57,908 nt of DNA from a virus (IMGVR_UViG_3300033148_002172:1-57908); one strand, 5' to 3'; counted from the first letter of the stretch, positions 1-10,198 are shown. The notes: a model not told the origin generated them from the letters alone. A program made the numbers and translations.

Positions 1-126
1 GGACCACCGCGTTACCCCTATCCGGTTAGCTAGAGTCTCCAGCATGACTGGAAGTTCGGCTATGGCCTTACCATACTTTGTGTATAGTATGCGTTGGTGC
101 GGGCTTAGTAGGTGAGTCTTAGGCAT
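1..126 (-). CDS. Partial ORF running off the left edge; possibly the N-terminus of the metallophosphoesterase truncated at the right edge
   Basis: ATG at 126 directly follows the TAG of the upstream ORF; 42 open codons (MPKTHLLSPHQRILYTKYGK...) to position 1. Confidence 0.5.
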   Translation of the reverse strand, partial: MPKTHLLSPHQRILYTKYGKAIAELPVMLETLANRIGVTRWS

Positions 127-378
127 CTAGCATCTCCCGCAGCCAGCGCTAAGCTGGTACACCTCATCATCCAGCTCCTCTATCTCCTTTTTCAGCCCCT
201 CCAAAGAGGGTCGTAAGGTAGCTGCCTCCTTCCTTATTACGGCTAGTATAGCGTGGATGCCCGCAGTGTATAGTGGCCCAGGGGATTCGGCTATAGTTAC
301 GGAGAAACTCTCCCACCGCTCAACAAAATCCTGGATGTTCTTGAGGTGATCAACTTGTTCTTGCTCTTGTTCAGACAC
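127..378 (-). CDS. Hypothetical coiled-coil protein
   Basis: ORF 127..420; likely GTG start at 378 with GGAGG RBS, overlapping the end of the resolvase gene. Confidence 0.6.
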   Translation of the reverse strand: MSEQEQEQVDHLKNIQDFVERWESFSVTIAESPGPLYTAGIHAILAVIRKEAATLRPSLEGLKKEIEELDDEVYQLSAGCGRC

Positions 379-979
379 GGGTTCCTCCTTTCCGGGTTCT
401 AGCGGTAGCGAATAGGCCAATACCTATAGCATCCCACAAATCATGACTCTCTTCGCTATCTAAATATTTCTGGGCTTTCTCCTCGGTTAAGTCTAATGTA
501 GTAGCTACCTGTTTTTGTAGGCTAGCTTTCTCTTGATGTGTAAGTTCTCGAACCAATCTCCGTTTGTGTGCCTTTTTGGGTACGTTGCCTTTCCATTCTG
601 ATGGGGTATATGTCTCTGCCCAGGATGTTTTGAATAGCCTAACGATGGAGTGCCCCACCTTATGCAGGCTATCTATATCCTTGTGGAACTTCCTAGCAGT
701 CACATATTTCTTGGGCCACTCACATACTAATACAAACGGCATGAACTCAGAGAAGGCTATAAGTTTTTGCAGGGAGGTATGTACGGCCTTAGCTGTCTTA
801 CCGGGTGACCACTGGCCTTCTACGATCACTACCTCCGCACCTACTAATCTAGAAGCGGCACCGTTGCATAAGAACACAGCAACCCCCACCTTCCTCTTGC
901 CTAAGTCTAGGGAGATAAGTAGGTGAGCTGGTACCTTAGGTGCCATATATTTCATCTCATCTTTAGTATAGCGTCTCAA
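371..979 (-). CDS. RuvC-like / RNase H-fold Holliday junction resolvase
   Basis: LISLDLGKRKVGVA, VLVCEWP, YTPSEWKGNVPK and HDLWDAIGIG match the RuvC-like acidic catalytic pattern; next to the DNA polymerase. Confidence 0.75.
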   Translation of the reverse strand: MRRYTKDEMKYMAPKVPAHLLISLDLGKRKVGVAVFLCNGAASRLVGAEVVIVEGQWSPGKTAKAVHTSLQKLIAFSEFMPFVLVCEWPKKYVTARKFHKDIDSLHKVGHSIVRLFKTSWAETYTPSEWKGNVPKKAHKRRLVRELTHQEKASLQKQVATTLDLTEEKAQKYLDSEESHDLWDAIGIGLFATARTRKGGTRV

Positions 980-1188
980 TAGTTCTCCAGATAGAAATCT
1001 AATCTAGCTACTCTTACTAAGGCTTCCTCTAACTCTAAAGCCAGGGCCTCTCTAGCCTCTTTCTCTTGGTCATACATCTGTTTAAACAGATCTCGCTCTA
1101 TTGTCAACTCCCCTACAACCACTATCATGTCCTCTAAAACCTGGGTAATGCCGTCTATCTCATCATCATCCTCCAAAGAACACCCCAT
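976..1188 (-). CDS. Hypothetical acidic coiled-coil protein
   Basis: 70-aa ORF overlapping the start of the resolvase gene by 4 nt. Confidence 0.5.
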   Translation of the reverse strand: MGCSLEDDDEIDGITQVLEDMIVVVGELTIERDLFKQMYDQEKEAREALALELEEALVRVARLDFYLENY

Positions 1189-1310
1189 AAAAACACATTA
1201 CAATTAGTACCATTGGTGTAAGGGTGACCGTTAAAAACAAGGATGTGTAGGCGGCGAACTCGGCACAGTCTACCAAGTTAACTATAAACGGACTATCCCG
1301 CCACTCCATA

Positions 1311-3392
1311 TCATCCCTCCCACACCACCAGTTTTCCTGTCACATCATACACAGCCTCGGCGTCCTTTAGCCACCGCCTCATAAGGGCAGGCTCTGCTTT
1401 TATAGGGATATCAGGGGTATACTTTTGCATCTCGTTAACCATAATAACAGATGCAGCGGGTGCCCACAAGTGGGCAGTTTCCTCAGGCCCTTCAAATATG
1501 AACTCATCGTGGATGAACGCCCAACATCTGACACCATAGAGGGGTGATGTCTCGTCACTGTACATTGCCTTGGTCAGAAACCACATGGCACTTTTGCAGC
1601 CGTCGCTGGCCAAACCTTGAAAAAATGTGTTCGCTCCACTAGTATAAGAACACCCACCCCTTAACCTATCTGACCCCATATGTTTAACGGTGAACCTTCC
1701 GGTCTCTGAGGTGTCACTTGCGTGGGCTATCATCTCGAAGTAGTTCTTCATCTCCGGCCAAGTCTCCATCCATTGGTCCTTCAGGTCCTGGGCGCGGTTA
1801 AAGGTTATGGGGATACCCATAGAGGCTGCGTAGTCTACAAAGGCGGCAATCCCGAGTCCCCCAGGGAAACCGAAATTCCCAGCCTTGGCGTCCTGTCTCG
1901 CCTTCTTAATAGCCTTATCTCCCTGAGCGCGTCGGGCCACGGCTTCTTCATAGGAGATGTTGAGTAGCTGTGCGGCAAAGGCTAGGTGCAAATCCAAGCC
2001 CTCTCTAAGGGCTTCCGCCATCTTACTGAAATTAAATAGGCGCAGATTAACCTGAGCCAATGTACACAACTCCAAGGAGGAGTAGTCAATAGAGGCGAAC
2101 ACCTTACCCGGACGAGGTATGAAGCACTCCCGGAAGCCTCCTTTCCTGGGCGGGTTCTGGAAGTTTGGCTTACGCCAACTGGTGCGCCCACTCCGTACCA
2201 ACACATTAGGGGAGGAGGTGATAGGCTTATTAATGCCTGACTGCAGGATGGGCAGGTAGGTGGTGAGTAGCTTCTTGTATTCCATACCCTCCGCATACGT
2301 TATAAGTTGTGCGTTACCGCTACCCTTAAGTGTATCCCCATCTGTCTTTACCTGACCAAGCGGGAACCTGGACGACGGATCAGTCAGGGGTGGGTCTCCC
2401 CCATAGGAGATGCTGACCAAGGTTTGTAGTTTACTCTTGTGAATACCGGACTTCTTCAGAGGTACCTTACACCTTTTGGGTAGGTAGCCTACTTCGCCAC
2501 AACACTCATAGCATTTAATAGACTCTAGTATACCCGTTCCCTCACAGGTCTTGCACTTGTTTATACGCAGGAAGCCCGCCAGTTGGGCCGCTGCGTCAGC
2601 CTGCAGGGCTAGGCGAGTTACCTGCTGCTTAAAGGCTTCTACTGCTTCAGGGTCCGTTATAACCCCCTCACAGGCCATCCAGTGTAGGGACAGGGCAGCG
2701 GCTGTCTGCTCTATCTCATTGGTGATGGTGCCCGTATGGTCTACGAGTATCCCCTCTGGCAGGCTGCGCTCTTTGGCCTGCTGTAGGTATACCTCTCGGC
2801 ACCAATAGGCGTCATCCATAGCGTAGGTTTGTGCCTTCTCTGGCCACTCATGGATAGGTATCCCGTCCAGTTCCGAATAACGCAGACGCCAAGAGGTGGG
2901 GTCTTTCTTGTCCTCATAGAGGTTAGCCCCTAGATACACCTCGGCCACATAAGCCAAGGAAAAGCCAGCGGGCTTCTTGTTTATACGTTCGTCGAAGTTA
3001 AAGTTATCCTCTGCTATGGTGATTAACTTCTCTCTAACTTGCGTATCCCTAAGGCGTCCCTCCTCCATTAGGTGTAGTATGATGGGTATTAACTCCGGGC
3101 ACTCGTTAGAGAGTACGCCTAAATCAAAGGGGGAGTGGTGTGCTACAAGGGTATACCCCTCCTGTATGAAATAGCACCAAGCATCTACGGCCTTATCCGC
3201 GCTAACAAGTAGCTTCCAGTCTTTCTTTCCGAGAAGCAGACCAACAGTCATATCCAGGTTGTACTCTTGGAAGTTCTTCGCGGCATCCAGGGTATTGCCC
3301 CCTCCGGCAAAGGTGGCGCATACTAGCTTTGGGGTGAGGTTGCCGTCTTCTATTAGGTGGGTTTCCGTATCCCATCCGATGATATCCTGCAT
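1311..3392 (-). CDS. polA: Family A DNA polymerase with 3'-5' exonuclease domain
   Basis: Exo motifs WDTET, HHSPFD, YAMDDA; SGRTS..PNFQNPP; motif A DYSSLEL, motif B RQDAKAGNFG, motif C IHDEF; GGAGG RBS. Confidence 0.95.
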   Translation of the reverse strand: MQDIIGWDTETHLIEDGNLTPKLVCATFAGGGNTLDAAKNFQEYNLDMTVGLLLGKKDWKLLVSADKAVDAWCYFIQEGYTLVAHHSPFDLGVLSNECPELIPIILHLMEEGRLRDTQVREKLITIAEDNFNFDERINKKPAGFSLAYVAEVYLGANLYEDKKDPTSWRLRYSELDGIPIHEWPEKAQTYAMDDAYWCREVYLQQAKERSLPEGILVDHTGTITNEIEQTAAALSLHWMACEGVITDPEAVEAFKQQVTRLALQADAAAQLAGFLRINKCKTCEGTGILESIKCYECCGEVGYLPKRCKVPLKKSGIHKSKLQTLVSISYGGDPPLTDPSSRFPLGQVKTDGDTLKGSGNAQLITYAEGMEYKKLLTTYLPILQSGINKPITSSPNVLVRSGRTSWRKPNFQNPPRKGGFRECFIPRPGKVFASIDYSSLELCTLAQVNLRLFNFSKMAEALREGLDLHLAFAAQLLNISYEEAVARRAQGDKAIKKARQDAKAGNFGFPGGLGIAAFVDYAASMGIPITFNRAQDLKDQWMETWPEMKNYFEMIAHASDTSETGRFTVKHMGSDRLRGGCSYTSGANTFFQGLASDGCKSAMWFLTKAMYSDETSPLYGVRCWAFIHDEFIFEGPEETAHLWAPAASVIMVNEMQKYTPDIPIKAEPALMRRWLKDAEAVYDVTGKLVVWEG

Positions 3393-3481
3393 GGTATCCT
3401 CCTATATGTGTATGTAAAAAATGCCCGATATAGCACCTCGGGCCTGGGAGTCAATCTATGTGAGGTAGACTAAACTGCTAG

Positions 3482-3982
3482 TTAGCTAGTTGCGGCTCTC
3501 CAATATACATTAGTAAAAGGTTTCCCGCTCTTAGATGACACGGTGGTTTTGGCCTCTGCTACAAGGCGTACACCCTTGGTCTCTTCTCCAGTGAAGCCCT
3601 CTGCTGCACCGAACAACTGTTCACACACCTCCTCGGTGATGTCTGCATCAGTCACCCCCTCAGTATCTCCACCCAGTAGCTCAGCAATGAAGGTCTTGAG
3701 TCGGGACATCCCTCTCTTACCGCCATCTGTAAACTCCCCATCTGGCTTACGACCAAGGTCGTTGAACCACGCTACTTTATCTCCCTCTGCATTTGAGCCA
3801 CCTTGTGGGGTTAATACCTCCACTACATAAGCCTCTACAATGGCTATAGGTTGCCCATTCTCTCGCTTGTTTCTAGCCTCCAGCTTGTTAATTTCTACAA
3901 GATACTTCCCATCCTGGAAGTACTCACCTTTTGAATTGGATTGATTGCGTTGGACGCCACTTACACCTGTAAAAAATCCCAT
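3482..3982 (-). CDS. Putative single-stranded DNA-binding protein
   Basis: Likely start ATG 3982 (AAGGAG RBS); beta-rich, ends KSGKPFTNVYW; lies between helicase and polymerase. Confidence 0.55.
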   Translation of the reverse strand: MGFFTGVSGVQRNQSNSKGEYFQDGKYLVEINKLEARNKRENGQPIAIVEAYVVEVLTPQGGSNAEGDKVAWFNDLGRKPDGEFTDGGKRGMSRLKTFIAELLGGDTEGVTDADITEEVCEQLFGAAEGFTGEETKGVRLVAEAKTTVSSKSGKPFTNVYWRAATS

Positions 3983-4062
3983 CGGATTCTCCTTGATTGA
4001 TTGATTGTTGTTAATGGATTCAAGTTGTATAGTACTCTGCAAGAACTGTCAATACTTTTTAT

Positions 4063-5769
4063 TTATTCAATGAACGCCTCCTTGTTTGCTAGTAATAATA
4101 TTTGCGGTTGGTTAGTATTGTCCTCTATATAGCGGGACCTTTGTAGTGCCCTGCGCATAGCCTGTTCGTAGGGATAAACGTGATAGTACACGCTGGCTTT
4201 TACATGGGCACTGGTCTGGCCGGGGCGATAAGTTCTACCCAAGAGCTGTTCCCAGGTGGCACCGCTGGATGGCGGCTCTAGTATTAGCTGGTCATCCCAA
4301 ACACTCAACATGTTTTTCCCTTTATGGAATACGTTTATGGAGAGAGCTACAGTTCCTGTGGCCTTTCTGTCCGGGACACCTTCCCAAAAGGTAGGTACTC
4401 CAAAGGCTTGGAGCATTTCCCCTACGGCCCTAGACCGGAACCAGAGTATAGCACCATCCCTTTCAGCAGCCCACTTAAGAGACCATAGAAGAGGCGTGTA
4501 GTCTAACCATACGGCCTTAACGGGCGGTGGTGCTTTGTGTCTTTGGGCATCCCACTCACCCAATGCCCTAACTAGGGATACAGGTTTCTGGTGACTTCGT
4601 ACATACTCCTCCACCAGGAAGGGAGAGTCGCACCCCTCCCTAGCATAGCTCTTTAGGTACTCTCTACACGCCTTCCACCATCCCCGCCTAGCCTCTACCC
4701 ACTCCTCATCTACCTCCCCATCAGGCCAGTCCCACACATAGTAGAAGCCCATTGATATCTGGTTAATCACCCTAGAGAAATGCAGAGCATCTACTATCTC
4801 TATACCATTAGGGAGAGTGTACTCCTCCTCTAGCATATGTAAGGCGTCTTGTATAACCGGGTCATAGTCTGGCCGTACTGCAGTTACCGTAATCTCCGCA
4901 TCACAACTAGGGCTGGTAGTACATACCACCCCTGGTGCTGACTTGAACCTGTCATTAAAGGCCTGTCTAGCTCCCCGTATATTATAAGAAGCTGGAGGCT
5001 GGGACCAATCGTATAGCCTCCTCAACATGTTCCAAGCGTGGGCGTCCGGGTGTCCGTCACTGTCGAGCACAGAGCACCAGATGTTTAGGATGTCCTCCAC
5101 TAGGGGAAGCGGTGACCTATCCCTAAGAGCCAGCTCACTTAGATGAGCGAAGTCTTTTAGGGAAGAGGTGGTTAGTGTTCCACTCATAGCAGCGAAGCGG
5201 GTCCCTGGGTTCTTCTTCATGTATCTCATAAATCTAGTAGTACGAGCTGTACCCGCACTCTTCAACGCTTGGCACTCATCAGACATGATTAGATCTGGGG
5301 CTAGCTCCCTAAGGAGCGCGGTGCTCTCTGGCCTGGATAGGGTGCTGTACGCCACTATCTCTGGAGGCTCGAACCAGTAGTGCTGGCTCCACTCCCAATG
5401 CTGCTCCTCTGTTTCCCGTCGCATATCAGGAGGTATGAGTAGGACCGGGCGCTCCGCGCCAAACACCCTGGGCATTAAAGCGAACGCCAGGGTCTTGCCT
5501 TTACCTACACCTACATTAGCTAGGAGTCCTATAGGCTCCTCCTGTTGGGCTGACCTGTGACAGGTTTCTAGGATGATACCCTGCTCGGGTCTAAGGGTTG
5601 GCGCATTGGGATGCTTACGAAAACGCTTAGTCCACTCTTCGGCGAAGAAGGTAGCGCGGTCCTCAAGCTCCTCTTTAGGTAGCTCAAGGATGCGCTCCAT
5701 CTCTGTCTTAATTCCTAGTTTCTTCCTGTCACCTGCAGCCCTATCTAATAGGTTCTGCAGTAGGGTCAT
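4063..5769 (-). CDS. Superfamily 2 helicase (SNF2/DEAD-like)
   Basis: LRPEQ Q-motif, Walker A GVGKGKT, Walker B-like SDECQ, motif III MSGT, motif VI EQLLGRTYRPGQ. Confidence 0.9.
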   Translation of the reverse strand: MTLLQNLLDRAAGDRKKLGIKTEMERILELPKEELEDRATFFAEEWTKRFRKHPNAPTLRPEQGIILETCHRSAQQEEPIGLLANVGVGKGKTLAFALMPRVFGAERPVLLIPPDMRRETEEQHWEWSQHYWFEPPEIVAYSTLSRPESTALLRELAPDLIMSDECQALKSAGTARTTRFMRYMKKNPGTRFAAMSGTLTTSSLKDFAHLSELALRDRSPLPLVEDILNIWCSVLDSDGHPDAHAWNMLRRLYDWSQPPASYNIRGARQAFNDRFKSAPGVVCTTSPSCDAEITVTAVRPDYDPVIQDALHMLEEEYTLPNGIEIVDALHFSRVINQISMGFYYVWDWPDGEVDEEWVEARRGWWKACREYLKSYAREGCDSPFLVEEYVRSHQKPVSLVRALGEWDAQRHKAPPPVKAVWLDYTPLLWSLKWAAERDGAILWFRSRAVGEMLQAFGVPTFWEGVPDRKATGTVALSINVFHKGKNMLSVWDDQLILEPPSSGATWEQLLGRTYRPGQTSAHVKASVYYHVYPYEQAMRRALQRSRYIEDNTNQPQILLLANKEAFIE

Positions 5770-7552
5770 CGGCGCCGGAACGGTGAAGGGCAGCCAATAC
5801 CTTACCGGCTACTTTACCGGGTCCCTTACCAAAGTCTATCAGTCCGTAGTAGGGCAGCGGCTGCATGAACTTCTTATCTACCATCCCTCCCTCTTCCTCC
5901 ACTACCATCTCGAACGGGCGGATGAAGTCGGTGAAGCTGTAGACACCGGCTGGGTCCTCGGGGATGCAGTCGATGTAGATGGTGGGTGTAGCTACCTCCT
6001 TAACGATGCGGCCCAGGGGAGTATCCTCCGGCTTGGGAGGCAAAGCATTAGACTCGGAGGCTGGAGAATGTGGGCGGCTAACCCTTACAACCTCCGAGTC
6101 TTTTGCTGGTAAGATTAAATTCTTCATGGTCTTACCTATACCAACCTCTACCTTACCCTCTGCCCTTGGGCCGTCAGCACATATACGCTGCCGCAGGGTC
6201 ATGACGTTACCCTGTAGTATGATAGTCTTGTTAACATAGGCCTCATTGAACTGTTCTATGTAGTGTAGGAGTCTCTCCTTGCGCACCCGCTGCGCCCCGG
6301 TGGCATCCCGGACAATAGCCTGTGCGTTCTTCCTAGACATGCGATTGCTATTTCTCTCCAGGTACTCATTCCACTGGGTAAGTACCTCCGCAGCCCCCTC
6401 TCCCCTACTGACAGTAAATAGTTCAAGGTCGGTGGGTTGCTCGTCTGTGTTTGTGGGCGGTACCTGAGGCTCCCCGTCCTTCCTAACCAGAAAGCCTCCT
6501 GTGTTTTTGAGTTGTACTGCTTCCATAGCATCATGTAGATATACATCCGCAGACTTGGCCATAGCCTCTGCTGCTGTTATAGGGATGGCTGTCCCTCCCT
6601 CCAGGATTTCATGGAGCTTAAGGCCTAAGCCGTAGGCATCTCCTTGGGGGTCCTCAACTGGCTTACGCTCTCGCTTGGGTTCCGGCTTTAGTGCTGGTAC
6701 CTTGGGCTTGTTTAATAGCTGTGCTCTTAGTGCTGTTAGTCGTTCATTCATTTCTGGCTCTCTCTTTATGGTAATGGTTGTGGGTTTAATCTTGTCTCTA
6801 TTTAGGGGGGAGGCTGCACACCTATCATTGTATGGACATCCTCCGAACTTCTTACAACTGCTGGTAGTCGCCTCCACTTCTTCTGGTTTTACTATACGCA
6901 GAGCTGTCTCTGCCATTTTCTCTGCTATAATCTCTAGCTTTCTCCATGTCTCCTCTATAGATGGCCAAGGTACGCCGGGTGCCCGCACCTCCATAGCCTT
7001 GGGTGGTCCCTTTGTCGCATAATAAATGTGCCTAAAGTCCACGGACTCTGGAGGTGTGAGTCCGTGGACTTGTATAAGGGACCATGCGTAGGCATGGGGT
7101 TGGATTAGTTTGGCTAGTTGGTTAGGTGTTTTGGCCCAACGCCAACTACTGTCCCCAGTGGTCTTATGATCATCAATCTGAATGTTAGCAAAGTCCTCCA
7201 AGTTATACAAGTCTATTTTTCCTACGAAGGGGAGAGGTCCACACTTACACTCTACCCATTCCTCTACTTGCCAGTTACCCGATACGCCGTCGCTTCGTAC
7301 CTCCGGCAGGAACTGCAGCCCAGGCTCGGCTATACGCCAGTACCTGTTGTTGGGGTCCTCGGGCTTTTCTCCTGTCTTGAGCCAGTGCTCTAGTACATCG
7401 TGTACCTTGTTGCCTGTCTCTGCTGCGGGGCTACTCACCCTCTCCACCCTCCAGTAATAGCTATAGGCCCACTTGCGTTTGCAATCAAGCCACGTTTCAA
7501 CAGCAGATGCGCTGCTCCTTAAAGGTTTTCCTTTAGCGTTCAGTATATCCAT
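5741..7552 (-). CDS. PD-(D/E)XK Cas4/RecB-like exonuclease with long C-terminal extension
   Basis: SASAVETWLDCKRKW, GNKVH, FVGKIDL, IDDHKTT, and CKKFGGCPYNDRC (1+3 Cys Fe-S staple pattern). Confidence 0.85.
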   Translation of the reverse strand: MDILNAKGKPLRSSASAVETWLDCKRKWAYSYYWRVERVSSPAAETGNKVHDVLEHWLKTGEKPEDPNNRYWRIAEPGLQFLPEVRSDGVSGNWQVEEWVECKCGPLPFVGKIDLYNLEDFANIQIDDHKTTGDSSWRWAKTPNQLAKLIQPHAYAWSLIQVHGLTPPESVDFRHIYYATKGPPKAMEVRAPGVPWPSIEETWRKLEIIAEKMAETALRIVKPEEVEATTSSCKKFGGCPYNDRCAASPLNRDKIKPTTITIKREPEMNERLTALRAQLLNKPKVPALKPEPKRERKPVEDPQGDAYGLGLKLHEILEGGTAIPITAAEAMAKSADVYLHDAMEAVQLKNTGGFLVRKDGEPQVPPTNTDEQPTDLELFTVSRGEGAAEVLTQWNEYLERNSNRMSRKNAQAIVRDATGAQRVRKERLLHYIEQFNEAYVNKTIILQGNVMTLRQRICADGPRAEGKVEVGIGKTMKNLILPAKDSEVVRVSRPHSPASESNALPPKPEDTPLGRIVKEVATPTIYIDCIPEDPAGVYSFTDFIRPFEMVVEEEGGMVDKKFMQPLPYYGLIDFGKGPGKVAGKVLAALHRSGADDPTAEPIR

Positions 7553-10175
7553 GGTCCCCCCACTCACATATCATGGCATCAACGAAGGACCCAAAGGATA
7601 TGGGCCAACATCTCTTCCTAGTGTCTCCGAATCTCAACTGTTTGCACTCTCCTTCAGCCAGCATCTTTACAGTGTTAGTAATGGTTGTGGCTTTGGGTCT
7701 ACTTATACCTGCGTATTGGTCCCAGTGATCATAGATTGCGCCAGCATTTACCCACACAACATTACTATCTACATCTTTCTTCACCCATAGATTACTAGCA
7801 GCGTAGTTCCCTTCTACCATTCCTAGCAACCGGTGTATCACTGTTAGTACTGCGGGTTTGTATCCCTGGTCTGCCACAAATTGGCGGTGCCAAGGTGACA
7901 TCTTACCTGATACTAAGAAGCGTCCTTGTCCCTCTAGCTTGCGGGTTTCTCTAAGCCACAACAGATGTTCAGCAAACCTACCCGGCTGGTTACTAGGCCT
8001 AATCCAATCCCGCACACCTTTACGCCCGCCCAACTTATCTAGGTAGTTGCGTGCTCCTGAGCCTGTGTTGATGTGTAGGATACGCTCAACAATGGCGTCG
8101 ACGCCATCCTTCCCTAAGGCCTTACGGAAGGGTATGCCATTCTCATCATTGGAACATACCAGGACCCGCAGGCTGGCGTTCAACGTGGCTGGTCCCTTGT
8201 GCTTCTGGTTAATAAAGTGGCTGGAGTTAGCTACATAATTCCTAAACACCTCACTAGCATTATGCTCAGCAAACTTACTATAGGTGATGCCTTCATCCGC
8301 ACCCAACAATGGGCACGTTAGTAGGCCCCCGTTGTGGCTACCCGTAATATGGTTGTAGTCACAGGGGGCACTACCCCATAAGCTAGCTATGCCGTGTATT
8401 AGTAGAGACTTCCCAGTACCCGGAGGTCCTTCCAAGTACAGGGCACAGATAGGTTCAGACCCCGTATAGGTTACAGCGGCTAACCAATTAAGCAGTCCCT
8501 CCACATCATCGCCACCGAGATGGTGCAACCACTCATCTATATCTTTGTGGTATGCTGCCTTGGTTGCAGCTAGTCTATGCACTCCCTGCATGATGATGCC
8601 TGCATCCGCTTCATACAGTGTACCCTCCTGTCCTGAAACAAACACCGTCTTATCTACGGCAGCACCATAGTTATTAAGGATGGTAGCCAGGGGCGTGCCC
8701 GCCTCGTACTCCGCAGCGAAGGGTAGGTTAGGTTCAGTGTACTTCTTATAATGCAGCAACAGACAATCACTGTCGGATGCTAGGTACCTGTAAGGGGATG
8801 TGGTAGTATCTAACTGGAATAGTCTACCGCCCTTCCCTACCTGCTTAATGGTTAGGGGATGCTCCGCACAGAACATGGTGCGTACTGCATCCTCATCTGC
8901 CTGCCTGTCGTCGATGACCTCCTTACACTTATCCCATACTTGTTGGGGTGTAGGACCCCGGCCCTGGGTAGAGAACACGGCTTGGTGTATGTATTTATAT
9001 AGGGTGGGGGCATCGGGTACCCGCCCCTTCTCAGCCAGCACACGGATAACATGGTAGGTACACTCCGCTAGCCTGTCCTTGTGTGGAGTGAGGGGTACAC
9101 CATCCCGCAACCTGTTGAAGTATGAGGAGTTGCGCCCCTTGAAGGCAACCTTTACTCTCTCCCACTCATACTTATCTGGTGTACCTGGGTTGGGGGGTGG
9201 TACATTACCTGAGTACTTGGCCTCTTCCTTGGTTTCCTGTCTATCACATACCCAAGCAGCCAGCTTCCAAGCATCCTCTAAAGATAGGTTGGGGGTAGCC
9301 TCTACACTTCTCCAGATGTAAGCTACTAATACTTCCGGGTCTCGGACATCCCCCATAGCTGCAATGCTTGCAAGCATGGAGCGGAGCACAGGGTAGGTGT
9401 GTCCATCCTGATCTGGGATAGGTCTGCCTAGTTTTAAGTAGGGGTACTTCCAGGCAGCTAACCATTGCTCGAAGGTTAGTTCCATAGGCTCATCCGGCAG
9501 GGTACCTGTAGGTGTAGTAGTGTTTGATATTGTTTGCAAGTCCCACTTATTCTTTGTGGATAGTTGTAAAGGGTTCAGGCTTCTGCCCTCCTCAATAGGT
9601 CCTAAGTCTACATAGGAGGCAAGCACTGTGCCATCCCGCTTAGCCCTTGGTAGTCTGAAAAATCTAGTCCACTCATAGCTGGCAGCATCTACCTCGATAC
9701 CTCTCTCTTCCAGAATAGACCCCAGGTTTCTTAAAAAACTATTAGCCATACCCACGGGGAGGGCAGGTTCCAGCTTCCACATGAGTCGGAAACCTGCCCT
9801 AGTGGTGTACCCTCCTACACTTAGGAACAGTGCCTCTGGTAGCGCATCAAACGCTTCCAGCACTGCGTTCTCCGCTACCTCTAACCCTTCCCACTGCGTG
9901 TGGTTGGGGTTGTCAATGTCGAAGATAGCCCAGTGTAGTTCGGGTTCTTGTCCTGCTGCTTTGAGAGCAGCAAGAGCGGGGATATTTAATCTAGGTTGTC
10001 TAGTTTCCTTAGGTACAAGGTAGCTCACGGCCATGGCATCTGTGCCTTGTGCCTCTTGAAACTCTTCTAGAGTTTTGTGTTCTGCAAAAAGGAGGTTGTT
10101 TAGTTTGTCTGGGTTACCATCCCATCCCCCGACTTTAACATCAGGGAAGATAGCTATCCTCATCCCACCCTCCAT
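7533..10175 (-). CDS. Primase-helicase (AEP-like N-terminus, SF3/D5-like P-loop C-terminus)
   Basis: N-terminal FDIDN, YTTRAGFRL, FRLP; C-terminal GPPGTGKS, ADEG, VCSND. Confidence 0.85.
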   Translation of the reverse strand: MEGGMRIAIFPDVKVGGWDGNPDKLNNLLFAEHKTLEEFQEAQGTDAMAVSYLVPKETRQPRLNIPALAALKAAGQEPELHWAIFDIDNPNHTQWEGLEVAENAVLEAFDALPEALFLSVGGYTTRAGFRLMWKLEPALPVGMANSFLRNLGSILEERGIEVDAASYEWTRFFRLPRAKRDGTVLASYVDLGPIEEGRSLNPLQLSTKNKWDLQTISNTTTPTGTLPDEPMELTFEQWLAAWKYPYLKLGRPIPDQDGHTYPVLRSMLASIAAMGDVRDPEVLVAYIWRSVEATPNLSLEDAWKLAAWVCDRQETKEEAKYSGNVPPPNPGTPDKYEWERVKVAFKGRNSSYFNRLRDGVPLTPHKDRLAECTYHVIRVLAEKGRVPDAPTLYKYIHQAVFSTQGRGPTPQQVWDKCKEVIDDRQADEDAVRTMFCAEHPLTIKQVGKGGRLFQLDTTTSPYRYLASDSDCLLLHYKKYTEPNLPFAAEYEAGTPLATILNNYGAAVDKTVFVSGQEGTLYEADAGIIMQGVHRLAATKAAYHKDIDEWLHHLGGDDVEGLLNWLAAVTYTGSEPICALYLEGPPGTGKSLLIHGIASLWGSAPCDYNHITGSHNGGLLTCPLLGADEGITYSKFAEHNASEVFRNYVANSSHFINQKHKGPATLNASLRVLVCSNDENGIPFRKALGKDGVDAIVERILHINTGSGARNYLDKLGGRKGVRDWIRPSNQPGRFAEHLLWLRETRKLEGQGRFLVSGKMSPWHRQFVADQGYKPAVLTVIHRLLGMVEGNYAASNLWVKKDVDSNVVWVNAGAIYDHWDQYAGISRPKATTITNTVKMLAEGECKQLRFGDTRKRCWPISFGSFVDAMICEWGDHGYTER

Positions 10176-10198
10176 AGTTAGTTAGTTAAGTTGTGCGG

